60,814 nt of DNA. Origin: a virus. Lineage: Duplodnaviria > Caudoviricetes. Position numbers and translations under genes: made by a program. The stretch spans positions 1-60,814 of the IMG/VR virus record IMGVR_UViG_3300033144_004933; one strand, written 5' to 3'. The notes under the pieces were generated by a model. That model did no database searches, had not been told where the DNA came from, and worked only from the letters and a program-made list of their open reading frames with translations. Below, piece by piece: positions 29,901 through 37,800 of this stretch; the stretch's first letter is position 1, and each line of letters starts with the position of its first letter.

Positions 29901-31876
29901 CAGAAACAACAACAGAACAATTAGAAAGGGCTATTAACACTACTGCTGCTTTACCAAAAACTGAAGGAGGATTTGATCCTAAAGGCAAAGGAACTCCTGA
30001 AGGAGATGGTAAGGATAAAGCAATGAGAGAAGTTGCAACTGGTTCCATTGTGGAGCTTTTAACTGATAAAAAGCCTAGCAGTAGCTTAACTACTTTAGAA
30101 ACAGTCGGAAAAGAGAGTTCTCTTTCTTACGAAAAGGATAGATATGTAGGAGAAACCTATGACAGAATGGAGGACATAGAGGGGGAAATAGGACACACAA
30201 TAATACATGGACCTGTTGTTATGTTAGCAAGAAATGGAGAATTAGGAGGACGAGATTTAAATGAAGAAACTAAATGGACGATAGAGAGGGCTCATAAAAG
30301 AGGGTCTTCTTTTGTAGTAGGAGATATGCCAGGGGTTGATACTGCATTTATAGAACACCTACAAAAGATTGGTGCTGATTTCACAGTATATCATACAGGA
30401 GAAACAATAAGACCTGGAGCAATTCCTATGACTACTGCAGGAATTAGCCAGCTCCAAGTACTAGGAACTTTCATAGAGCTTAGAGAAGCTGCTAAAAAAT
30501 TATCAGATTCTGTAATGGCTTCTAAAGCAGATACTAAAGGTGCAGGTAAAAACCTTATAGAGTCTTTTATTATGACCAATAAGCTAGAAAAGATATCTGC
30601 TGATCCTGATAAGTTTATAGGAAATTGGGAAGAAAAACTCAATAACACCCCATTAGGTACTTATGTTAAGAATGGACCAGTATTAGCTCAAGAATTATTT
30701 GAAGATTTCTTTTTAAGCCAAAGCCAAGGAGCTAAAGATATGATGAATGCTATTAATATACGGTTAGAAGGGGAAGTTATTACAGATGATATTTTTGCGG
30801 ATAAAATATCAGCAGAAATTTATGCGGGTATAATGTCAAAAGAATTTAGTCTTACAACTAAAGAAAAAGAAACTCTATTATATGGAGAAAATACAATAGC
30901 TGACCGATTAAGAATACTGCAAGATACAGACCATCCTTCTTCTAAACATGACTTAATTACTTTATTAAAATGGGGAAGGAAATATAAAAGAATACCTGCA
31001 TTTATAGGAATAAATAATTACAAAGATACCGATCTTGCAACTCAAGATAGGGTGAGTAAATCCTGGGAAAAAATGTACTTTCTAGGTACAGAAGAAGAAA
31101 AGAAATTTGCAGAGGATTTAGTATACTATAGTTACCTAACTTCTGGATTTAAAAGAACTCGAAGTTCATTTTATACTTTAATTCCTCCCACTGTACTGTC
31201 TGATATGGGCTTAGTAGATGCTATTATAGAAACAAAAATTGAACTTAAAAGAGGAATAGGGCATATAGGAGCTTTAGAAGATCAAATATTTAAACATAAT
31301 TGGGAGGATACTGATTATGTTCCTAGAGTACCTGACAGACTAGCTACTCAAATTACTTGGGAGGGTACTACCTTACCTACTAATGCTATGTTTGGAGTAA
31401 TGCCGGGGGTAGCAAACCACCTGGTAGTAGGAAGAGATGCAGAAAATAATCATATTATGAAGCCTTATCTACTGAAATCTTTTCATTTTCGTGACCAGCA
31501 ACAAAATGACCGGGTTGTAAGAAATTTATATGAATTTGTAGGAATGGCTCCTCAAACGGCAGAAAGAAAAGATGGATCTACCCACGAATATGATGTAGCA
31601 GTATACATTAGAACTAATAAGTTAGGGTATCAAGATGAAAGAGGAAGAAAAGTCATAGAATACAATCTAGATAAAGATGGTACAGTTTCAGAAATAGAGA
31701 GGAATAATCCTGATTTATCTGACGATCAAAATTTTATTGATAACTTTGTAAGAGATGCAGTAAAAGTACCAGGAGAATTAGTTTCTTTATCTAGTTACCT
31801 AGCCAACAGGGAGTCTGATGTTCATAGAGGACCCACAGATGATGAAATAGACGATAATTTAAATCGCTGTAACTAA
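17951..31876 (+). CDS. Virion-packaged RNA polymerase (double-psi beta-barrel, crAss/phi14:2 gp66-like) with accessory domains
   Basis: 4641 aa; GYRIPNQ 28400-28420 and catalytic GSDFDIDK 28517-28540; NVTDAQAW and LNAYVDIAKD; embedded P-loop, GNPF, ART-like, HEVWH and SLOG-like segments. Confidence 0.92.
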   Translation: MAIDPITGLEENEDEISSRIDLMTGLSEENGEEYGAEIQPTASVAASPQLIQSSSTPTELVNLAGEDYIPEESDNFAQLIEREKAKDQGIFELLYNTVVGGTLTGILGTAIETGGWILDFDNHLKGLQGYDTWEKAWYTEMAHKIKESVGKEGDEWYSGWLTNLPIYREDRGDMFDWDDPGWYAESAKGILDSVIGFGIPGLGAAKAVTLFNKATRLSQLMRAASKSGKLEGVVTSLGAGLLTNYGEGKVMGMEIHDDIMEYGKEAGWSEEKSRELAGESADQFLFSNRIFMLTDALGIHGIMKGAGYTRNAYKAGGFKAGAKNFLQSFKKFGIENPLLQGIKEAGEEMGQFGFQEAGRVGAKEKLGMDVSDEPESYLERALLHAFDEQARYEGMLGFFSGGPQRIFMSQMQKAGTAALPKKWGGAGYKTQKQRQKQRYQQQEALVKEAQKVVGDFVTRKGEMAETLAYFKSVGDDAMVEAIENHEFAQTATGFFQNGVAEHLEKQLQDIIDSTNLTEEQVKLYGEEGKQKAKKFLGDLKTLEKEWISLKGYENQGRLFWNLQRQKAQKRYEQIHSESNSKYKTSLLDQANRIANSYKYKDKEGEEKTLEFDIDDIDNTKGQPGKIYKKFADEVKKLPDYKNYIFTKGLIKSASDNILALTRQYSAMESDKGQEKHIETLKEQQEFWSNQAKLYSETTQSEETPQEGDLVEIDRTIGVFKGKKENKDRDTVLEVEIGGKTKYFVDDEENPMIKRIDTKQQKENDEDAEKGEAPINAQRPSNSRTMSAKELQEQALQEEIENFMAKVETGAIEIDENGSPVNLTAEEAEFYRNNKKAIDAKINPQKTVDTGGIKPEFKGKFIYSTPGSGKSTIAKNIDGVVDMDDILHHLLVQVEGFENVPNDKSLNENLYNLFKIDDGKTARKLYEQAVQAARALTSQGHVVLTGSSRLLEDVDVIVVSSDNEGLKTATKGNWKTTRERESKVDPDHTIEEDKFLDSVLMEQVEDEEGGEVEKKMSDEEWYEGETIADLIARVGKKQALSNLKKVHKAFTAALEELGKTHKTITEEEEKHKYNARALSLLEQIEEISKAIKELENASKAPQDNNKQTDETINKGPRTFGPQPTKKSTDLPTSFESKQAFHLAYVSSNDPLHPGSAKDGFYNEVLTKLLEDPDWKAAGVRVVYEVDLPKEDTPTMKAFMVKNKEKVKGLTNKVINKEKITDEEAGRLTIRVVFLNEDGTEMKKDGEIVRAWLHDSEHPMITRNESKEEIQGLKQFIYNHYREGNKVGGSLLGYSHPGHLKGGPNYKTDAGTNTASGNVKIIPKYGPAGIAYAKANNAIYSLRRKNTQNHFGNPFVSLTDDQGKKRNQENYEKTAQEGELVWVDSGEESVKNYREWLTTDKYDGQSEAWDKRKKWILAQIASGKLKGKTIMYYKELGRLSHANVLDELINGEIDRRQSPEFIPVIEALGTTNLELAIRDETGALVSGYKKDSKQKVIIEKLRHAADPNKLIGGVYTPVQMSDGSWLPHRLQASTLTAEEAELIYMLYANLFSGANYGDNISPGVIKFITEHKNPVINGLAKVFDLNDTNYDQLRDFFLLSGRKRFDKTNPKTSIFFSPHGNQINYAGFIKEGKVAYNYMNKQNFQQKDVKKRFIDNLMLRTRNITLSTINKKGTNAHLLGNGLLLSDLRAPEGPSTVSYQPTVALNSNVSVEGSKTSKPPVSTEKAPILTVYQGIKGKKENRDFNYYTLSKEEAKTYGEVSEYQINTAGFLTGNTDLYWELMNEFEEDSGKRFDILDSTPGGLKHQAKFFTFLKEKGYKGLNLIPEGAKPGVGENQYIVTFFPALSTKQRDNLVYLTMSSNSYEDAKKRHEAGQDPTKKEIDEGKQLFDLLTEEEKNIIGSGEASMEFWEKLNADIGPRFEQQPTAPGTQTKIDFDTNLPDTPSNDENPFQKQIPYVENIANPAQKRDYESYMPDGETESIAVEKVLKKIKEQSTDPFLLEMIKFLEDKRFDVFSEFPLLMYTRNSEEIAAINNLLKANPEVNAKTIEKLKKHVPAYYDTDRNHIVINKDTLPYMTLNEIHKTIVHEVWHAVTAVPFTKKRADRNAAEREFVDAIAGLYRIFKDKKFDFKRAQETYGFKTPHEFMAEVMSNQYFRDEIAKEYPPNFLQRMWNAIMKFLKLPSRQIGMLFKIENTIKKFVDKSQKFPPQVQSELTKRIILKKILSPADRPLNHYSDDDLEEITGAMTYILIDAAKITDLDSIKNIKTQFKEDENGHNKIFRVLNNIRIGHNNSGNQDMAQKFANILSQEEFPYFMERVKNNLAEYGLRERLSKQEEEDKAAGLGITPSWETNLKDNATSNTKLRVAFNPIVAEVTEEEGKRTYKYEKGQYLGLFKFGDFNETWKILQKELSGIVSTNKERDVMKKMRNRLNWLAFYDKSLYKLVDFFDDQSISNFKKVQFHNAFSKTRLAYTSTFFRRVEDGTYSFNIGSSDSASAENRLLATWEDNFLFKYTKADNDQILHLNIPKLQKVYDKYLQVKEEIRQIGKKMETNPDAYTYEDLTKELDKLSEVLQETGMQISTKALTLFIRENFDENFGTGLLHLITEPLARVYDSNTGNTVKRLLNGSAVFAYQQEDSAYTDYNTPMAKEPKFNTLLPSVLFFSKDNYENMILGQKGSKYWLYSHHDFITKSVAEWLEESDNPEKLQQLASLPFYQNSRLVQELISSPDKLKNFKLHHYNNFKDTEDPSKDDGYTEMKKPDDRADRYNRTMRGTAPFMNTADKSRHLNFSGVGFKKTKILFQEDGSYDFQSNTTAKQSVEQVIGYLIDEINATRVAFSQLFSEDPIPRSEHVVYYHYQLDSNTGERIYKDKNGFPVGNAFKFYTFPELNYYNEKGEVSNSADIFMEATPGKPYVINEEYIRTEINEETNKETLIVEPSFFDKIRPIAEKSLSERVTNAVDKGIEDGIITTQVIDGGMVKIDTGRLEDIVIDSNEYSKLEYAKLYQASEQEALRNLMMDITFNSIVNNIELTKLFIGDPRFYKNLADVKKRIPATIANGQDLAIYRDMNNEWVVPPHYTQATVANVIRPSEYYGQEGYADLIAEVTGSTVAEAEQLIEAYKEVNVTDAQAWITLDRAIQIYKGLGKWTDAHDAALPAIIDGTADFQELSLFLQPIKGVHYELRIENGMAIPSYSKYSQAILLPSLIKGTHLENLLEAMQNEDQLTDEVIVLDGVKVGATDIANWFNKDTYDINAAEDIVLHPVTLDNRYWKLQQDLSPHGLGPSLVGSQVKKTMTANIALDDDYGDGWTGRDVIRAAYDVDMTLSNRGRDFLLKELVYDENTGKISKDKIYELILEESKTDPFFYREALEERIDFDALPQYVKKIESRLSALVTARTTKLKQLGGAYVQVSNFGFDIKESTKLPDNIKQGIKWLKGKEPLKPMRIEKDEVKPGQFLLPHKMLKEIEGWENMTGEEIAKKIDPEVLIAIGYRIPNQANSSNDVGEIVGFLPEAVGDAVVVYNEITTKTGSDFDIDKMFMMLPEYEKDENGNIVKVQYLDESNSTLKERIKVFAPTTPEAAMIRKSYRKEFEDLYERRKQHRDKQTQKINALKEKKKLQEQDIDELWSTEQEERDYIKTLKAELKELRKEKKHLGTSASESKEYKTVSGNITNIEEEIAERYAILKGYEDLRASIGETKLKKTDVDKEYETKSEQIRLFKEEKQALKDKMQEEIEAIIDEEKFARLPMLEQNTDLALHNRRIDVWRRILLNKNKYLEVTAPLDGPGTITEQVKNQIKELFPEKALGNLEFFSLENQLEDKHSFLGGKFGIGVTANQLVDHSLTQFSKQFLKLKLGIGHADEDGYMDLSQLYDVDHSTGETKNLIIGAIAAYLNAYVDIAKDNYITRGNHNLITANTVFMLLRAGVPFKFVNAFIAQPILQAYVQLTEKDQATVTEREFDQEGRNVSVLRQTLNLFGGQMYNRDDLPTLNLAETTTEQLERAINTTAALPKTEGGFDPKGKGTPEGDGKDKAMREVATGSIVELLTDKKPSSSLTTLETVGKESSLSYEKDRYVGETYDRMEDIEGEIGHTIIHGPVVMLARNGELGGRDLNEETKWTIERAHKRGSSFVVGDMPGVDTAFIEHLQKIGADFTVYHTGETIRPGAIPMTTAGISQLQVLGTFIELREAAKKLSDSVMASKADTKGAGKNLIESFIMTNKLEKISADPDKFIGNWEEKLNNTPLGTYVKNGPVLAQELFEDFFLSQSQGAKDMMNAINIRLEGEVITDDIFADKISAEIYAGIMSKEFSLTTKEKETLLYGENTIADRLRILQDTDHPSSKHDLITLLKWGRKYKRIPAFIGINNYKDTDLATQDRVSKSWEKMYFLGTEEEKKFAEDLVYYSYLTSGFKRTRSSFYTLIPPTVLSDMGLVDAIIETKIELKRGIGHIGALEDQIFKHNWEDTDYVPRVPDRLATQITWEGTTLPTNAMFGVMPGVANHLVVGRDAENNHIMKPYLLKSFHFRDQQQNDRVVRNLYEFVGMAPQTAERKDGSTHEYDVAVYIRTNKLGYQDERGRKVIEYNLDKDGTVSEIERNNPDLSDDQNFIDNFVRDAVKVPGELVSLSSYLANRESDVHRGPTDDEIDDNLNRCN

Positions 31877-31890
31877 ATAAATTTTAAGCA

Positions 31891-34800
31891 ATGGCATGTC
31901 CTAATAAAAATCTAACGGAGTGGAAAAATTTAGCTAATACAGTAGGTGAATTTGAAGCTATGAGGGTGTTCATGATGAACAACAATGATGTTCCTCCTAT
32001 ATTTGCAGAAAAGTTAGAAAAGAGAACAATAGAACTACTAGCTAAAGAATTTACGAATAGAATAGGAGTTAATGACCAACAGGAATTGAAATCTCTACTA
32101 ACCGTAGAGTCTCTTAAATTATCTCAAAAAGAAAATGATTACTCTAAAGTAGATAGTCTAAACAATGCTTTAATAGAAGGATTTCTCAAAGATTTTAATG
32201 TTACTGTATCTGAATATGAATCTATCAAAGAAGTATTTGGAGTAGATGCTGTAGGAATGTCAGATTTCTTACAGAAATTTATTGCTCTGGAAAAAGGAGA
32301 AAGTATAACTCCTCATGCAGCTTACTTTGCTTATAAATTATTAGGTAGGGCTAATAACAAATTAAGAGGAGAAATTAATTTTAGGATTAGTGCCTGGGAA
32401 GGATACCAGGCTAGTTATCAAAAGCATGCCCAAGAAATACTAAAAGAAAGAGGATGGACGGAAGATACTAAAGAGTTTAAAGCCTTTGTAAAAGAAAAAA
32501 TAGCTGTTGATTTTTTAGAAAAAACTTTAGTTGAGTACTATAATAACCCAGAAGAGTTTGCCATAGAACATGCAGAGAGGCAATTTACAGGAGAAGACTG
32601 GAAAAAGTCTCAGAGATGGTTAAATAAACTCAAAAGATGGATAGAATCATTATTATACAAAATAAATGCAGTAAAGAATAGGGGACTTACAATCAGGTTA
32701 GGGAAAAATACTCTCATAGAAGTCAAGGGCAGGAAACAATCTCAAGAAGTTTTAGATAATATAAGCAAGCAGATAGTCAGTGAAATGCTATCTCAAGAAT
32801 ATGATATATTCGATTATACAAAAAGCGACAAAGAAATCCAGAAACATTATGAGGAAACTATTGAAACAGACCCCGAAGCTGAAGAAATAGTAAAACATGC
32901 TTGGAAGCTGGGATGGATATTAACAGGATCACTTGCTTTAAGAAGAGTGGGGTCTGTATTTAGAACAGTAAAAGAGTCCCTTCATGATTTAGATTTTGTG
33001 GTCCCTCACTCTATTTTAAAATCTCCAAAAATACTTCAGGAACTATTAGATAGTGCAGACATCTATGTTAATATGATGAAAGGAATCACTGATTTTAAAT
33101 CTAAAAAAGCAGCACTAGCACGGACTACCTTAATGGACGCTACTGAAGAGACATTAAAAAAATTGTCCTGGTATCAAGAATTTATAAAAGAATACCCTTC
33201 TTTTACTCCCATAGTTTCTTTCATATCCAAGGATAATTTTGAAACTAAAGACAGCATAACTTTTACAGGAGTAATAGATGGAAGATTTTATACTGAAGAC
33301 GGCTATCATACAGTAGTAGAGAATAAACAAAACATAAGAAAAAAGCACAAAAAAGGAGATTACATTAGAGGGACTGGATATATAATAGATTTATTTTTAA
33401 GACCAAATTCTTCCCTTAAAGACACTCAAACAGATGGATTTAAGTCTTGGATGGAAATCTTTGTGGCTAAATTGACATTCTCCAGAGATAAAGATTTGAA
33501 GGACCACAGGTACTTTATTCCTTTTGCTAAACAAGGACCCAAAGATATGTTCGTATACAAGGACTGGGTTTATAAAAAACACGAAGTTCCTGAAGTTTCT
33601 CCTATTCTGGAAGCATACCTTGAAACCAAAATACCAGCAGAACAAAGAGAAAGTCGTAAAGCATTTAAAAAGAAAAAGTCTATCCTCCAAAAATCTTTAC
33701 ATGCTGATGTAATAGAAGACCCTAATCTATCTGTAGCTGGAGTAGTATTACCTTATGAACCTGGAGAAACTCCTAGGGTAGCAATTAATCCTAACTATCA
33801 TACTGGAGAAACTTTAATCCATGAATTTGGGCATGTACTTATAGATTTTATGGGAGGAATGTCTAGTCCTTTAATACGTCAGGGTAGAAAATACCTAGAA
33901 GGAACTGACTTAGAAGCAGAGGTTCTTGAATTGCATAGTGAAGAGACTAATCAGGAAAAATTGAATAAGGAAGTACTAGCTACTGCTATAGGGAAAGAAG
34001 GAGAAGCTATTTATAATGCTGAGAATGGAAATCTAATATCCAGATTTAAAAGCTGGTTAAAAATATTTACCAACAGACTTAAGAAGTTATTAGGACTAGA
34101 TTATAATGTAGCTATGGAGCTAGCCAATATGCTATTAAACAATGATCTGTCTTCTGTATATATGGACAATACTGGAAATCCGTATGCACAAGAGCAACGA
34201 TTACCTAAAAAAACAACTGAAACTCAACAAGAAGCCAATACAAGATTGGATAGGATAGATGAAAGATTTAGTCTAACAGATGATGTTAAACACTATATTG
34301 ATTCTGTAGATAATACTTTATACAAAAGAAATAGCGATAGAATTGATGAAGTTTTTGGAGCAGATAAATATGATGCTAAGCTCCGGGCTAAATTTGAAAA
34401 TAACAGACAGTGGGGTAATAAGATTGATGATATTTTTACCGGAGTCATAAATGGACAAAGTTTAAGCCAGGTCAGAGAGAGTATAAAAAAGAAAGAAAGT
34501 ATGCCTATCCATGCTGCATACAAAACAGCCAATATATCAGAAGAAGCACTAAGAGACATTTATGCAGCAGCCCAAGAATTTGTAAGCGAAATAGTTGCAG
34601 GAGGTTCTATTGTAAGAACTCAATCTACTGTATATAGTAGAGATACAGGAGTGGCAGGAACTACTGACATTTTAATAATAGAACCCGACGGCAGTTTAAG
34701 AATAGTTGATATTAAATCTTCTTGGTATCCAACTTCTCGTCCCTATAAAGTAAAAAGCGGGAACTTTAAGATTAGTTATAACAATCGGGGAAAACATACC

Positions 34801-37800
34801 TCTACTAGAGAAAAACACACTCGTCAGCAATCTGCTTACCAGAAAATGTATGAAGATCTGGGATTCAATGTAAAGAGCATAAAAATATTCCCTATAAATC
34901 TGGCAAATGTGCAAAGAAATATAGTACAGGGAGTTACTATAGAACCTATAATAACCCTGAGATATAATACTTTAACTGCAAATAGGGTTATAGATAATAA
35001 GAACAAAAGAAAAAGAGAACAATTAGAATTTAATCCTGAAATAGAAGAAAAACTAAAAGAACTTGCTGCTGAGATTAGAAACAGGGTACATTTAGTTTTT
35101 AATGATTATAAAGAGACCAAAAATAAAAAATTTGCGGATGAGCTAGAAGTTCTAGTTATGCAGATGCAGGAAGGAGAAGATTTAACTAATCTTATTACTT
35201 ATATCCAGGAAGCCAATAAAAGATCCTTTAATATTTTAACCCGATTAGATAACATAAAACAAGGAGAAGAAAATCTAACTGGGGAAGTTTTAAAGAATAT
35301 AAAAACTTTTGCAGGAGCCTTTAATTTAATAAACGATGCTTATAGCCTTTTACTGGAAGCAGATAAACTAATTCGGGAAATTCCTAAGGCAAAACGTACT
35401 AAACAACAGAATTTAGTACTAAGATATTTATCAGGAAGCGAAGGAAGGACAGGAACGAAAAAAGACATAGAATCTGTTCTAACTAATTTAAATGAGATTA
35501 AGGAGACCACCCACATACTGTCTAAAGACTATATAGCTAATATGCTTGCTCCCCAGAGTAAAAGAACTGAATATTTTTATAGAAAGCATTTTGAGAAAAA
35601 ATATAGGAGAGAAAATCCTTTTTCTAAAGAGAAAGAGTCTCGGACGGAATATAAAGAGAAAATACAAGAATATGTCAATGAGCAAATAGCAGAAAATCAA
35701 CAACAAATAGAAGAAGCTCATCTACAATCTATAAAAGATTTATTATCTTTTTCTCCTAAAGATACTGGTATAATGGTTTCTCTTTTTGCAGATCCTAAAA
35801 ATATAAATGATCCTGTTTTACAATTAACTATAAAGTTGTTAGAAAGAGCGGATTATAAAGCTCGTCAGGAGTTTATTTTGGAAGTTCATAAAATAGAAAG
35901 AATATATGATAAATTCAAAGAAGCTAAGGGGAACCCTACAAACCAAACAGTTCTATATGAAGATTTATTAGAAAGGGACCCTTCTACAGGCGAACTTACA
36001 GGATTTATGGTGGGAAAATATTTTTCTAAAATGAAAGAAATAACAAATACCTGGTATTCAGAAAATCCTACTCCTAAAGCAAAAGAAATTAAAGATTTTC
36101 ATGCAGAAGCCAAAAAAACTTATGCAAATCCTCAATGGAAGAAGCTCTTAGAAATGAGAAATGGTACTGCAGAAGAAAAAGCTATCTATGAAATGTATGA
36201 GCATTTAGTAGAAAAAGCTGAAGAGAAAGATGAAATGGTCCCTGCAGGGTCCCGATTAGGAGTACGATTTTCTGATTTCTTTGATACAAATACTAGAATA
36301 CATGAGTATGTATATACCTATAGAATTCCTACTATAGAGAAAACTGCATTTGAAAGAGTAACAGAACAAGGAGTAAAAACAGCTATATTCCAAGGAGCTA
36401 AAGATTTAGTAGTAGAAGATGTTGAATTTCTAGAAAAAGGACAGAAAGAAGCAGATACCGAAGAAGATTCTCCCCATGACTTAGAGACTGTAAATGACGA
36501 TTATGTAAAAATAATTACAGATGCGTCTGGGAAAGAAAAACAATTTGTACCTGTGTTTTTTAGAGGAAAACATAGAGACCAAGAATCTATATTTGCTCCT
36601 AGTCCTCTGCAAACTTATGATTTAGTTTCTGCTTCATTAATGGATTTATACACTACTCTTAACTATCATGAAAAGAAACTAATAGAAGCAGATATAATAT
36701 TAATTAAAGACTTAGTACAAGAAAGGGACGTAGGAAGAGTAAGTGGTCTAAAGCAGGTTGTAACATATTTTCAAGGAAAAATGGGAGGTGCTTACAAACT
36801 GAGCGGAGAAAATTCTGAAGCATTTAAAGCTCTAAAATCATTAGTAGATACAAGAATGTATGGAATAACTACTGAAGGAATAATAGCCGGCTGGGAAGGC
36901 AATATAGGGCCTATAAGCGGAGTAAAAGTAGGTAACTTATTAATGGCATGGACAGGTCATGCAATGTTAATGCTCAATCGGATATCTGCCCTTACTAGTA
37001 CTTTACAAGGTAAGACTATGAATGCTCTAGAAGCTTTTGCCGGAATACATATGACTGGAAAATCTTTAAGACAAGCAGAAGTCACATATTGGAAAAATTT
37101 ACCAGGATTTTTAAATGACGCTTTAGGTAAAAAAGTCAATCATAATTTAGTAAATCTTTTAGCAGAAAAATATGATGCATTAAGTGAATATCATGGATTA
37201 TCTGGGTCTCAAAGATTTTCTAACTTAAATAGAGTTTTGCAAAAAGCCAATGCAGGAACAGGACATTTCCTACAAAACACCCAAGAACATTATACTCAAT
37301 TAACTTCAATGTTAGGTATCCTTCATGAAGGCACTATAACTAATAGTAAGGGAGAAGTTTCTACTCTTTTTGATGCTCACTATGAAAAAGATGGGGAGCT
37401 GTTTATAAAAGACGACTTTAAAGAGGCTGTTGACGAACAAGATTATCAGCTATCAATAAAAATCAAAGAGGTTTCTAAACAATCTCACGGAAATTATGAT
37501 TCCAAGAATCTATCCAGAATACAGAGATTTGTTCTTGGAAAAATGATGTTTATGCTTAGAAAGTGGTTAGTACCAGGAACTCAAAGACGTTGGAGAGGGG
37601 GAAGTAAATTACGATCCAATATTTTTAAAGAAAGCGATATATTAACTGATATGGAATCCAGTTTTTATTCAGAAATGACAGAAGAAGAACAAAATGGATT
37701 GTACATAACTGCATTAAGGGTTTTTGGAGCCATAGGATTTGAACTAGATTCCTGGAAAATGGAATTAAATAGGGAAGATATAAACAGTAAATGGAATACT

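Noticed and set aside
1133-37139. Short antisense or alternate-frame ORFs inside the large + strand genes (and short + strand ORFs inside - strand genes further on)
   Set aside because: They are shadow ORFs fully overlapping well-supported genes, with Ser/Phe/Leu-rich composition and no motifs.
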